Source: the human T2T-CHM13v2.0 reference genome, Homo sapiens
Assembly (NCBI RefSeq): GCF_009914755.1
Contig: NC_060926.1
DNA length: 64,000 nt
Strand: one strand, 5' to 3'
Shown one piece after another: positions 28,921 to 42,962 of the stretch (the first letter of the stretch is position 1; each line of letters opens with the position of its first letter). The position numbers and the translations under genes were made by a program. The notes under the pieces were generated by a model that saw only the letters and a program-made list of their open reading frames with translations, did not search any database and was not told where the DNA came from.

Positions 28921-28982
28921 AGAGGCTTTCCAGCAAAACCCTGGAAAGCCTGCTAGACAAATTCTCAAAGAGCTGTAACACT
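28921..28982 (-). pseudogene. U7 snRNA retrocopy in WIPF1 intron 7 (same sense as the gene)
   Basis: Minus strand AGTGTTACAGCTCTTTGAGAATTTGTCTAGCAGGCTTTCCAGGGTTTTGCTGGAAAGCCTCT: U7 5' end, U7-type Sm site AATTTGTCTAG and 3' stem-loop. Confidence 0.9.
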
Positions 28983-29774
28983 TCCTATACATTTACTGTT
29001 ATAAAATTCCAGTTTGTCTATTTTTCCTTTCTTGTTGACATTCTTCTTCAATGGAGGAAAAGCAATTTAGTTCTTTATGGTAGCATTACCTACATTAGCA
29101 GAACAACAGAAATAATTTAAATGTCCATGGTAATGGTAAATTACTATATGCTGAAATAAAAACCATGTGATAACATGGGCACTATTTACTAAGCAATGTT
29201 ATGTAAACCCCGCCAAAAAACTGTACATCGTCATTATAACTACATAAAAAAACAGAATTATATGGATAAAAAATTGGATGAGAATCTGGTAAAATGAAAA
29301 TATCTATTATGTGGAGAGATTATGGATATATTTACATTTTCATGTAATGCTCTGTAAAGCTATGATTACAATACGTTTAAAAGATCAAGGCAGTTAAAGG
29401 GAGTTTTTGTTATAATTAATCAGACATTATGCCAATTTCAAAACTAGAAGGAATAGAAGATGGCTCTACTTGTGCTGTCTCAGGAAGATGAAAACAGAGG
29501 AAGACGTCCAAAGAAGTAAAATAATAAAATTTAATACTAGCAAACCACGGTATTTTGAGCTTGTAATGACACATTAAAATAACTGTTTCTCATATGCATT
29601 CTGGGCATCTGCAATTTCCTCACTGCCTGTGGAAGGGGAATTTACTAGAATGTAGATGGCTCCAAAGGGTTCTCTACCCCACTGCAGGCAAGAAGCCTGG
29701 ACTTTCTATATAGCCCGAGTGTCACTCAGGCTACTCAAGCGTGAATCTTCAAAAACCTTGGCAGAAATACTCAC

Positions 29775-29888
29775 TCCGGCTTTCGTTTCTTGCCAGTTTG
29801 CTGGGATAACTTTTGGTCGTTTGTACATATGGCTCTGGAGGTGGCAAATCGGAAATCGGATGGAAGTAGAATCTGCTTTCCCACTCAT
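29775..29888 (-). CDS. WIPF1: WIPF1 exon 7, WASP/N-WASP EVH1-binding domain ([31 protein letters not shown])
   Basis: Acceptor ttctcttcccag, donor GTGAGT; 114 nt. Confidence 0.97.
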
Positions 29889-30565
29889 CTGGGAAGAGAA
29901 ACAAGCAGTATCTTCAGTGACAGACAATGTGCTATGAAGACTTACGTAACGAAAGGCACAGAATGAAAGAGAGAGAGAACCACAGACATCAGTGCTAGTT
30001 TTTATGCCTAGAAGTTTACAGAAAAGCTGGAAGTGCTACAAAGGTCACGAATTAGTACACTGACATATATACAGACCTGCAAATCAAAGCAAAGTGGTTT
30101 TAGTGAGAGTGATTAGGATCCAGCCAGTCCCTCTTAGGAGCTGGGGGCTAAGGTATGGGACACCTTTTTCCCCATTGATAACAATGGCAGAGATAGGCAA
30201 CTTAGTATCTGCAGGCCGTCAGGCCTCTTACCTACAGTGAACTGTTTAGAAATGTACATAATAAGAAGCTATAAAAAGATTCTTTTCAGAATCCTGGAAT
30301 CTCTGGAAAGTTAACTAAAATGAGACCCAAACAAAGAACAGATCAGGGAAAAATGATCCGCCTTTTTGGGAAGTGGGGAAGGGGGATTACTATTTTTAAT
30401 TTGAAATCATGGTGGGCCTTAGAATGGTTAGATAGTTAGATCAGTGCAATGGAGTGTGATAATGATGGAACAAGAAATTAAACGCAAACAAGCAAACCAC
30501 ATATACAAACAGATTTACCATTTAGTTGCTGCCCTATAGCCCAGGGAGCTGGGACCACACCTCAC

Positions 30566-30778
30566 CTTCACATGGAGAGTCTTGGAAGCCATTTCTAATA
30601 GATGTTGATGGTGGAGGTGGGGGAGGTGCCCCAGCACTGGGCCTATCAGGAGGAAGGGGAGGCCTGGGTCCACTCCTGGGACTGTCTACTCCACTCCTGG
30701 ATGGCAACTGAGGGGTAGCAGGCAGGGCCCGAGATGTGCTGCCGTTTCTGCTTACTGGAGGAGGTGGTGGGAGGGGGC
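30566..30778 (-). CDS. WIPF1: WIPF1 exon 6, proline-rich (includes APPPPP)
   Basis: Acceptor ttttttgctccag, donor GTGAGG; 213 nt; lies within ORF 30534..30797. Confidence 0.97.
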
Positions 30779-32599
30779 CTGGAGCAAAAAAAGACACTTA
30801 GTGCAGAACCTTACATCCACATTCCATTACCGTGGTCACCATTGGTGTACAGCTGATGAGGACTTGCTGGACACATGCCCTTTAATTAGGGTGATTTTCT
30901 AGGATATTTGGCTGAGAAATGAGTAAACACACAGAAACACAAAAATTGCACATGTGTACACATGTATATGCAAAACAAGTGCATACTGATAGCTAAATGG
31001 GTGTTTTGGCTTTGAATTAGCACTCAGATTGGAGATGGCACAGTGAAATTGAAAACAGGTGAAAATCTGTTTACACGGACAACCGTATATTTAAAAAAAC
31101 ATTTTATAATCCTTTAAAGAGCTATTGAACTAATTACTGTGACATGATGAAAGAATTTTTTTAAAAAGAATAAGATAGTTATGAAATTATTTTAGGTCTT
31201 CAGAAGAACAAAGTTCTTTAAATGCATAGTTTTGTTGTTAATTACAGAAGCATGTTTCTGTGATGTATATGATCTGTTTCCAGGCAGAAGTGGCATCAGG
31301 AAACCAAATACCAGTCATCCTGAGAGCAGTAAGAGTTTCTTCTTGGTTCTTCCTCTTTGGGGAGGCAGATAAACACAGGGAGTGACAAACAGCTAATCAA
31401 CATCCATGGCTATAAATGCTAATGTGAATCTTGACCCTGAGCAAGCTGGTACCCTATGGAACTTGGTTTCCTAGCTGTAAAAGAGTGCCAGATGGTCACC
31501 TGTCTCACAGCACTGCTGCCAGGAAAAACTAGTGAAAATGCAAATAAAAAATACTATGTAAGTACTTGAAACCATTTTTTAAAAAAATGTAGCAGTATGG
31601 TATAACCATAAGTTTTTAAGTTTCTAAGAAAAATTCAAGGAAATTTTTTTGATAATACAAAAGAAAACCATCTTGCTTTTCCTATCCTCCAAATGCAGGG
31701 GCTATTTGAGTAGTAAGTAAATTAAAAAAAACAAAACCAAAAACTTGAGCATTTTCCAATGTAAATCAAAATGGCCTTAGTAATTATGCCTGCTCTTCAG
31801 CAGTGTGTTCCGCTTGTAAGATGCTGACATTTTATGTGAATACAATGTCTTAAGGTGCTATAAATAAATATCTTATTAGCTATAGATTCAGAATCCAATT
31901 AGGAACCTTAAACTGAACAACCTGCCCACTGCAGATATCCCTGACAGAAAGTCTTGGCTCCAACATTTTACAGAGGTGGGAGGCACTGCCCAGCCCTGAT
32001 TGGTCTCTCAAGGAGTCTTCAGTGCCTCACCTGGGAGTGGTTATTTATTACCCTATCTGCTTGTCATTGCTGGAGTCCCAGGCAGCAAGAGTTGATTTAC
32101 TGAGGAAAAGTGTCTCATTTGCTGTGGTTTTAACTTCATTGGTGATACCACCACACAACTGTCACTACATGCAAACTCAACTTCCAATATTATGGGGCCC
32201 TGTACTACGTAACTTCATCTCATTTTCTTTTTAAAGTAAATGGTCATGTTCATGTTCCTAACTCTCCAACCTTGTGGCACCCTGCTCCAAATCCTGGCAG
32301 GCACAATAGAAAAGAAAACAGATTTCTATTTTCCACTGGCAGAATAACAGAAATGATCATTTATTGAATATAACTATATGCCAGGAAATAAGATAACCAC
32401 TATACATGCTTGTCTCATTTAATTCTTATAACAACTCTGAGAGGTACAGGGATAGGAGACAAGGCCTCAGAGGTTTTGGAAGCTTGAAAAGCTCATCAGA
32501 AGACTGAGTGGAGGAGCCAGGATCTGACTCCAAATCTATTAGATTCCAAGGCCCACTCCCCATAACACTGAAGCCAAACAACTCAGAATACACAGGGCC

Positions 32600-33170
32600 T
32601 TTGATGAACTCTCATATGCTCCTTGTGGGAATGTAAATTGGTAGGAAATTCCTGGAAGGCAATTTGGCAGTACCTATTGAAATCCATAGTTTACTATGCA
32701 CACTCACTGACCCAGATATTCCACTTATAGGAATTAATCCAAAGGAAATACAGAGATGTGTACACATATTTTGCTACAAAAATATATCACTGCATTATCT
32801 GCAACAGGAAAAATCTAGAGATGGCCCATATGACCAAGTGAGGGGATTGGTTAAATAAATCAAGGTACATTTGTAGGATTTAATATTAGGTAGCTGTTAC
32901 AAGTCAGGCTGTAGAATAATCATATCAGCAAACATTAATGAGATACTGTTAAATAAAAAGCAAATTAGCAAACAATATATGTAGTGGGATACCAAGTTTG
33001 TAAAAACATGCATTTTAAAAAGACTGAAAGGACACATTAAAAGAATGTTATCAATGATTATTTCTGGATAGTGGTGGTAGAAGGATTAATTTTAATTTTC
33101 TTTATATTTTTCAGTATTTCTATAATAAACAAGTATGACTTACGTAATCAAAAGAAATAATAAATGTTAT
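32600..33170 (+). mobile_element. Old L1ME-like 3' fragment
   Basis: gggaatgtaaattggt..ggcaatttggcagta..gacccag..ccacttataggaatt. Confidence 0.6.
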
Positions 33171-33237
33171 ATGTCAATGCCTGTCATATTTTGGGGAAGA
33201 TTTAATCTGCTGACTCATCCATTTGGTAGGGCCATGG

Positions 33238-33430
33238 CACAATGGTTTCAAGGTGTGGTTCTCACATTCTGCTGCACACTATAATCACCAGGGAGCTTTT
33301 AAATATCCTGATTCCCAGTCTGCACCCCAGACCAATTATGCCAGAGACTCCGGGAAGGGACCCAGGCATTGGTGGTTTTTAAAGCTCCGCAGATGATTCC
33401 AGTACGTGAGCAAGTTTAAAGAATGGTGAT
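33238..33430. mobile_element. MER5A-like element
   Basis: gtggttctcac..aatcaccagggagcttttaaa..ccaggcattggtggtttttaaagctcc. Confidence 0.6.
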
Positions 33431-34297
33431 TATGAGGTTCCTGAGGTCACAGGGTCAAAGGTCTCTTATCTCTGCGTAAAGGAAAAAAATGCCCCATTTC
33501 CAGACATAATAAGGTCTGTACGATGAGATTCAATTTTAAAAGTGGGTGGTTCTACTGAGTTCATCCATAACCACTATAAAACGCATCAAGTGAGCATATT
33601 CTACTAAAAATGCCTATTATAATTCGGAGAGGGCAAACTCTAGGCAATCCTCACATTTCCTTTCATACTCTGAAAGTTTGTCCCTCAGATCAAGGTTTCT
33701 CAACTGTGGATGGGGGCATTGGAAGGGTCTCAGATGGGCTTCAGCAGGCTCTTCAAGCCATGTGACAGCAGGCAAATTTTGAGTTTATGCCTGAGTATTT
33801 TTGTAAAGATAGTCTATACCTTTATTTGATTCTCCAAGGGATTTATGTACCAGAGATTACAAAGAGCAAAATGGACTTTTTAAACATTAGTCTTTAATGA
33901 ATAGGGAAATGGCCTCAAAGCCTGGCGAATGAAGAGAGAAGTACAGGAGAAGTTCATTAGCTCTTGAAGAACTTCCCCTCTTGTTGGAATAACAGAGCCC
34001 TCCTGCGGGAGGTGGGGACTTATTTTCCCAATTAAGACCGCCGAAATTCTCTCTAGGGAGGCAGGGTAGTGGACTGGCAAGTACACTTCAGAGATGGAAG
34101 ATGAAAGTTCTTGCCTCTTCTTTATTAACTAGCTCGTGACCATTTAACTTTATTAGCTACTCAGTGTCCTCATCTCTAAAACACCAACAGAAATATTGGT
34201 CCCACTTTCCCCCGGGGTTTACACGAGGTCACGATCACACGTGTCGTGTGCCACTTAAAAGCACAAAGCAGTCTGAGTTTACTTATGCCTGCTTTTG

Positions 34298-34380
34298 TTA
34301 GACTATCTTGACTGACAGGATTATTGGTACATTTGGGCAGGCTGGGTTTTGGAAGCAACTCACTCCACGTCTTGTCATAC
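34298..34380 (-). CDS. WIPF1: Intron-5 read-through C-terminus (GMTRRGVSCFQNPACPNVPIILSVKIV*), 403-aa mini-WIP-type isoform
   Basis: Frame stays open past the exon 5 donor to TAA at 34300-34298; two AATAAA signals follow at 34154-34149 and 34126-34121. Confidence 0.65.
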
Positions 34381-35151
34381 CTGATCGGCCTGGCGGGTCC
34401 CTCACTGGAGGTGGGGGTCTCTCACTGGGCGGGGGAGGAAGAGGACCTGAACGTCCTGGCGAAGGTAACGGGGGCGTGGACGAACTGAGGGACAGATTCC
34501 GCTGTGGGAGTCTTGGGGTTTCGTCATTGCCGCTGGAACTTGGAGGCAGAGGAGGCGGCCCGGGCCTGCTGGGAGGTGGCGGCGGAGGTGGGGCCTGTGA
34601 GGAGGCCGAAGGCCGCGGAGTGGAAGGCACTGGAGGCTTGTTGTTCTGAGGAGGAGGAGGGGGAACCGCTTCCCTGTGGATGGAGGGCCTGTTGCCCACT
34701 GGAGGAGGTGGTGGAGGGGGTTTGTCATCCAAGGCCCTGCTGGGGGTAGGCGGCAGGGGAGGCCGGTTGGAGAAGGGCGAGGAGGAGCTCAAGGGGGACT
34801 GACGTATTGAGCCTCCTCCCAAAGCAGTGCCGCGGTTTCCAGGGAAAGGGGGAGGAGTGGGCCCGGGGCTGGGCTGCCTGGGGCCTCCGGGCACTGGTGG
34901 GGACCCCCGGTTGTGCAGACTTGATTGAATGGGTCTTGGAGTACTAGGTACTGGAGGAGGAATGCTATCAGGCTTTGAGCCCACGTCGGGCCTTGGGGGC
35001 GGCATTCGGTTCCTCTGAGGCTCTGGGGGACCACTTCTGTGGCCTGGAGAAGGCACAGGAAACCTCCCTGGGCCACTTGGGGGTGAAAAGGGTTTCGCAG
35101 ATGTGGATCTTCCTCCCGGTGGCAACAATGGTGGTCGGCTTCCTCCAGAAT
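34381..35151 (-). CDS. WIPF1: WIPF1 exon 5, large proline-rich region
   Basis: Acceptor ctgttcttcag, donor GTATGA; 771 nt; lies within ORF 34298..35170. Confidence 0.97.
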
Positions 35152-36019
35152 CTGAAGAACAGGAAAACAAACATCAGTTAGGAAATCAGGAACCCTGAAG
35201 AAATCAGAGAGCTAGAGTCTGTTCCCAGTGACTGGAAGTCCCTTCCTCAGAGGGCTATAAAATACAGGAAACTATTATTTATATAAATTGGGTTTTGTTG
35301 GTCCTTCTTGGGAGCAGAAAATCGACCATAGCTCTATTTACCTGCGAGTCCCAACTTCTACAGCCTATGAGCTTTCAAAAGGATTCTGCAAATATCTCTT
35401 AGCATTATGTATAGGCAAGAGCCAGGATGAAGTGGGCGAGAGTTCTGGTGAGATGCCTATTCATTATGAGAGGACAAGAACAAGATGGCATTGGTAGAAT
35501 CATGATTTTCATTTTTCCTCATCACCATCTCTGTCTCCCAGCCCTTGTACCTCTCAGTTTTGAAACTAAGTCAGCTGTCTTAGGTGAAAAAATTAATTAT
35601 CCCAATGTAAATCTCCAAATGTGAGGGCTTATCTAGTCCCTATGAAGAGAAATGCCCCAAAAAAAGTGGAAAAATGTAAGGGGAAATTATAAGAAAAGAG
35701 TTATGACTGCAATAAGAAAAAACTAAGAAAGGAAAAAGAACCATCAGTAAAGTTTAATTGTAAGAGTTGACACCAGTGGATGGAATTCATCTACAAAGAA
35801 GCAGGCAACTACACAACTTTTTTTTGGTACCACGTCAACCTCTGCTTCAGTATTGGCAGGACAGAATAATCCCATAACTGCTCTGGTTCAACAAGGGAGA
35901 AACTAAAGGGGGAACCAAAGAGATGGAAAATTTCAAACCACCATCCCAGAATCTCTTGGAACTCAAGGTAATTCTGAAAAAAAAAAAAAAAAAAATCTAC
36001 CCATTTATGAGTTAATAAG

Positions 36020-36560
36020 TGTACCAAATAATTTTGAGCACTTGCTATGCGCCTGCCATTAATCTAGAGACTAGAGACAGAGGAGTAAACAGAATAGAAA
36101 AGATTCTGCATTCCTGTAGTTTACATTCTTGTGGGGGGAGATAAACAATAAACCAGGAAATAAATACTTTCAGATAATTATATGTACTAAAAAGACACTA
36201 AAATAGGCCGATGAGATCAAGAGTGCTTGGCGAGGCCAGGGTACATGGAGTGGCTGGGGACAGCTCTTCTGAGAATGTGACATGTGAGCTGAGGCCTGAC
36301 AAGAAGGAGTCAGCCACGGAAAGATGAGGAAGACCAGCACTTTGGGCAGGGTTGGCCAGCAGGTGCAGAGGCCCTGAGGTGGGAAAGAGCTTCAAGTTCA
36401 AAAACGGGCCCATGTGCCCGGGGCACAGTGAGAATGGGAGAGATCCATGGGAAGTGGAGCCTGAGTGGCCAGCAGGGGTTAGTCACAAGGAGCCCTGCAG
36501 GACAGAAGGGGTTCCGATTTTATCTAAGGCACAGGAAGAAGCATTTGGACAGATGTATAC
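36020..36560 (-). mobile_element. L2 fragment
   Basis: atttgagcacttgctatgc..gtgacatgtgagctgaggcctga..gcagaggccctgaggtgggaaagagc. Confidence 0.7.
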
Positions 36561-36589
36561 AGTGGAGTATCATGAACTTAAGAGAGAAC

Positions 36590-36899
36590 TTTCTTCTTCT
36601 TTTTTTTTTTTTTTTTGAGACAGTGCCTCCTCTGTTGCCCAGGCTGGAGTGCAGTGGTGCAATCACGGCTCATTGCAGCTTCAACTTCCTGGGCTCAGGC
36701 AATCCTCCCACCTCCGCCTCCTGGGTAGCTGCGACTACAGGCAAGAGCCACCATGCCCACTGACTTTTTGTTTTTTTTTAGTAGAGACAGGATTTTGCCA
36801 TGTTGCCCAGGCTGTTCTTGAATTTTTGGGCTTCAGCCATCTGCCTGCCTTGACCTGTGAAAGTGCTGGAATTATAGGTGTGAGCCACCATGCCTGGCC
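36590..36899 (-). mobile_element. Alu (AluJ-like), intron 4
   Basis: Full dimer. Confidence 0.9.
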
Positions 36900-37912
36900 C
36901 ATTTTATTATTTTATTTTTCTTTGTCTTTTGCCTTAATTTCTTCACCTGTTGTTAAAGTACTAAATGTATACATTTATCAGCTGCCTTAAATCCTTTTGG
37001 TGAGTTTTAAATAAATTTAAATTCAAATTTAAATGGTGGTCTGGCAAGATAGAACCTCTCATGTGACTGAGTTTCTCTCTAGATTTGGACCATTCAGTGA
37101 TAAAATAGTAGGCTAACCCTGAGGATTCAGTGATTCCATATTCATGTAAATGTGAGAGTTTCATTCTTTCCCAGGGGACATCTTATAAAAGGTCTAAAAA
37201 TGAAAATTATTATAACATGATCAACATTACAAAAGCAGTTTTATGGTAAAATTTCTTGAGTTTCTGTAGTAGCTGGGAGAGAGCCTCATGCCCTCTGCAA
37301 AGTTTTTTATCTAGGCATTCATGAGCAAGTTCAGTTTTTTTCTACCATCAGGTTCATAGACAATCCTGAAGGACTCATGTCCATGGCTCCCTGCAGAGAC
37401 TCCTGAGAACCACTGGCACTGAAATACCAAATATCTGTCATGCAAAACACTTTTTCAGATTTAGTGAGATTTGTAATCATATTCCACAAGACGTGCTCCA
37501 TCGTGTTTGAAAAGCAGCTCACAAGTATTTACTCTACTAGACAGCTGGGCTACCTCACAAAGAAAGCTGAATCTGTCAGGTCACCAGGCAGATTTCCAGG
37601 GCCAGCAAGTTCTATTTGCTCCTCCCTTTTCTTCCCACTCCAGCTAACCCTTTAGAAAAGTAAAAAAAAAAAAAATGTACAGGTTACCCCCAAAGACACT
37701 GGGTGAAAATTTCATAGTTCTGTGTAGCTGTCTGATCCTGGTTAATAATAATAATAAAGCCTAAATTGAGTCTCTTATAAAACAGTGGTAATATTTAAAA
37801 CAATGTACAATATTTTAATAAGGGCGAAGAGCCTTAGAGGCTATGACCAGCCTCCAAACTGCCAAACTCTGCCTTGTCTTCAGTCACTCAGAGACAGGGA
37901 AACTCTCCTTAC

Positions 37913-38089
37913 CATTATCCCTGTTGGCCGTGGATCTCAGCTTCGGCATTCCAGCCTGGAACAATCCTCCCAGACCTGGAGGTCCGCCCCCTCCAAAACT
38001 TCCACCGCCTCCGCCACCACCTCCTCCGCCAAATCCGCCGCCTCCACCAAAGCCACCACCACCGCCTCCAGCACCAGCTCCTTTAGGTT
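37913..38089 (-). CDS. WIPF1: WIPF1 exon 4, glycine-rich linker plus second WH2-like motif (GLGGLFQAGMPKLRST)
   Basis: Acceptor tcttcttctacag, donor GTAAGG; 177 nt; lies within ORF 37884..38348. Confidence 0.97.
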
Positions 38090-38403
38090 CTGTAGAAGAA
38101 GAGACACCCGACAGACTATGCCCCCTGGTCTGGCCCAGGTAAACCATAAAACAACAGTACAACAGGGAGCTGGCCGGCTCTCGGCCTCCAGTGGACAACT
38201 GGGATTTCTTCATTAAAATGCAGGATTTTAAGAGTTCCCTCAGCTCAGTCAGAACTGCCCGCTCCAGGCAGTCCCAAGCCCAGTGGTGGAAGAAACAAAA
38301 ATAAAGGATGATTTGTCCCCACACTCCCCACTTGACTGGCTGCCACATGGGTCAGTATCTGTTTGTTCCGTATCCTAAGATTTGGCAAATAGAAGGATCT
38401 TCA

Positions 38404-38556
38404 GGCTGGGTGCAGTGGCTCACACATGTAATCTCAGCACTTTGGGAGGCTGAGGTGGGAGGATCGCTTGAGCCAGGGAGGTCAAGACTGCAGGGAGCCA
38501 AGACTGTGCCACTGCACTCCAGCCTGGGTGACAGTGAGACCCTGTCTCAGTAAAAA
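38404..38556 (+). mobile_element. Alu monomer (FRAM/FAM-like)
   Basis: Single arm; TSD aaggatcttca. Confidence 0.85.
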
Positions 38557-38679
38557 GGATCTTCAAAGAAAGAGGGTCGCAAGGGAGGAGGAGATGCCAT
38601 AAAAGGCGAGAAGAAAGGAAAGAGTTAAAAAGAAAAGAAAATAAAATATCTCATAATTTCACAAATATACAAATATCCA

Positions 38680-38959
38680 GGCTAGGCACAGTGGCTCACA
38701 CCTATAATACCAGCACTTTGGGAGGCTGAGACTGGAGGATAGCTTAGGCCCCAGAAGTTTGAGACCACCCTGGGCAACAAAGTGAGACCTCGTCTCTACG
38801 AAAATAAACAACAACAACAAAATGTAGCCAGGCATGGTGGTGCACACCTGTAGTCCCAGCTACTTAAGAGGCTGAGTGAGAGGATCACTTGAACCCACTG
38901 AGGCTGCAGTGAGCTATGATTGCACCACTGCACTCCAGCAAAAAAAAAAAAAAAAAAAA
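38680..38959 (+). mobile_element. Alu (AluJ-like), intron 3
   Basis: Dimer with a short right arm; TSD caaatatcca. Confidence 0.9.
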
Positions 38960-40274
38960 CACTAAGCAAATATCCACAATTGAGTTATACTTTTTCCCAT
39001 CAGTATTTTTCATTTTATGTGTTTTTTCTTAAAATTAAGAACAAATTCACTAAGCAGTATTAAGCCTGCTTTTTTCATTTAACACTTTGTTAGCACTTCT
39101 TGTGTCATACTCTTTGAAAACATGAGTTTAAAGGATTCTATTGTATTGTAGAACATGAATGTATTACATTAAAATTTATTTAACTACTCATTTGATGGCC
39201 CTTTAGATTGCTATTAATTTTTTAATATCATGAAGCCCAATAGTAGGCTTTAGTAATTTAAACATTCTTTGCAATTTGAGAGGGTATAAAGATCTTGTTT
39301 TATTTTGAATTTATCTGCAAAAAATTGTGAAAGATTTTGATGGGAGGCAAACAAACAAACAAACAAAAAGATTACTGAGTATTCTGTCTAGTCTTCTGGG
39401 TTACTTTCCATTGTCTTTGAGCCACAGTATCTTATCACTCTGAAAGGCATAGAAAACTGATACTAATGCAATGGTATTTGTCCAAAGAAGTGCAAATTAG
39501 TTGTGTTTAAGCCATGCTTATACCCTCTTTAAAAAAATTATCTCTTAATTTATGTATGTATGCATGTTTGTATTTATGAGCTTAAACATTATTTAAAGTC
39601 CTCTTCCCAAAAAACTATGTTGAGTTTTTGATAAATAGTATATGAAATCTACAAATTAATCTGGGAGAACTGATACTTTTATGATATTTAGACTTTCCAT
39701 TTGGAGATGTGGTATATTTTCCCATTTATTTATGTCTTCTGGATTTTTTGGCAAAGTTTTTTAGTTTTTATGATATACATTACACATGCTTTTTGTTAGG
39801 GTTACTTCAAATGTATTTTTGTTTGCTGAAATTGTGAAAGGGATGTTTTTCCTGTTATATTTTGTAATTGGTTATTTTTGGCACCAGGAAATTGTATTTA
39901 ATATCTAATAAGCCACTTTGCTATGTTTTCTAAATAAAATTTACTAAAAATGTATTATCTTGCATTTTCTAGTATGCACATGGTCTTCAAATAATGACAG
40001 TTTAAAGCCTCCTCTTCTCTAAGAGTTGTATGTCTTATTTCTGTTTTATATAAGTAATTACTTTGATGGGTAAATTTCCATAACAATGTAAATTATTAAC
40101 GTTTCTAAAGGCAATCATGTTCTGATATTAATGAGAATCCCTCTGATATTTCAAAGTTAATATGAATTATTGGTTTGAAATAGGTTTTTTCCCTTTCTAA
40201 ATATTCAGTCTGTGGATCCTTCTATTTTAGGTTTACAAGAATTTATTATAGCATGAAATTTTATCAAATGCCTA

Positions 40275-40640
<366 letters not shown>

Positions 40641-40749
40641 GGGGGATAAACCCTGGTGTTGGTGAATTATTCTTGTAACATCTGATTGATTTAGATTTGT
40701 TTTTTGGTATTTTAGTGTTCTCTTATCTATGATGATAAGTGGTCCATAA

Positions 40750-40970
40750 TAGGGTTTCTTAATTATAAACATTTTGGGACAGATAATTCTTTTTTGTGGG
40801 TGGCTGTCCTGTCCTGTTCTTTACAGAATGTTTACAGCATCCCTGGCCTCTACCCACTAGATGTCAGTAGCAGCCCTCCCTGTCCCCCAAAGTAGTGACT
40901 AAAAATGTCTTCAGACATTGCCACATATCCCCTGGAATGCAAAAATCACCCTCAGTTGAAAACCACTAAT
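40750..40970. mobile_element. MER20 DNA transposon
   Basis: gcatccctggcctctacccactagatg...aaaatgtcttcagacattgcca...gttgaaaaccact. Confidence 0.8.
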
Positions 40971-41572
40971 GTACAGCTTTCTTTTTTTATGTGCTGCCTT
41001 TGTCAAGTTTTGACATTAGGATCATGCCAATTTCATTACAATTATTAGACAGCCTTCCATCTCTTAATATATTGGGGAATGACTTATACAGCATTTGAAT
41101 TAGCTGTTTCTTAAAATTTGAAAGAATTTGCTAATAAAATAATCTGGCTCCAAAACTTTTTGGAGAGAAAGTAATTTAATAAAGTTTTTATCTTTTCCCT
41201 TGCTCATTGAGGTTTCCTGAATAAATATATGCTTTTCTTAGAAAAGTACTTTCTTTAATATCTTAAAACATTTTAGCAGATAACTTTATTACACTACTTT
41301 AATTTTAGAAAATATGCTTTGAATCTCTTATTTTATCTGCTTTCTGAGTTCCACTTTTATTCATTTTTATTTCCATTTTCTGGATTAGGTTTATCATAAA
41401 TTTGTGTTAGTTCTGTATCTTTTCTAGATGTGGAGCTTTCTGAGATGCTTATGGTAGCTCTGCTGTGGAAGAAATAATCTGATAATAACTGACAAGAATT
41501 ACTTCACCTAACAGGATAAATCATATAAGACTAACAATTTCTAGAAGTGTATGCAAAATTGTTTCCATATAA

Positions 41573-42016
<444 letters not shown>

Positions 42017-42599
42017 CATTAGTGTTCTTAACCTGCAACATCTGTCCATCTTTCAGAAAGAGAAGCTAAAGCTGAGGATTAAGCTTTCAGATTATTTTTT
42101 CAGTAATTAAACTGTAGGACAGGGCTGAGTTATCACACATAACCATGGTCAACATTTTGACATACAGCCCAGGGAAGTTTCACATGCAAACAGATACAAA
42201 ACTGTGGATAAACACTGCTGCTTGCAAAGAGCTTGTGACAGCAGTATAGGTGTCCAGTTGAGTGTGTGGACAAGGGCCTGCACTGGACTGTATCTTCCTT
42301 CCATCAAGGAAAGCACATTATTAAACATCATGGAAGAGAGAAGGACTAACACTATTTCCATTAAATAAGAGAAGTGGACATTGAAGAATACAATTCTTCA
42401 AGGTTTCCACTAGTGGATTCAGGAATAGGTCTAGACTGTCCAGCCTCCTTCAACAGAGCCCTAGGCTCCCTCTTGCAGTGAGGAGAACCACAGGCCTCTG
42501 TCCTAGAGGTCAGCTCCTCTGGCCTCATACCAGGGACCATGATTCAGATGGCTATTGGAGGGCTTGGAGGGCTGAGGGATTAGAGGGAATATATTATAA

Positions 42600-42962
<363 letters not shown>

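Noticed and set aside
30534-30565. Exon 6 read-through ending GEVWSQLPGL*
   Set aside because: Strong donor (AAG/GTGAG) and no supporting evidence of use; any intron yields such a short extension.
34308-38216. Gly- or Pro-rich + strand ORFs and alternative-frame ORFs over WIPF1 exons 4-5 (also 30526-30711 and 48211-48465)
   Set aside because: Antisense or shifted-frame shadows of GC-rich low-complexity codons, which are depleted of stops.
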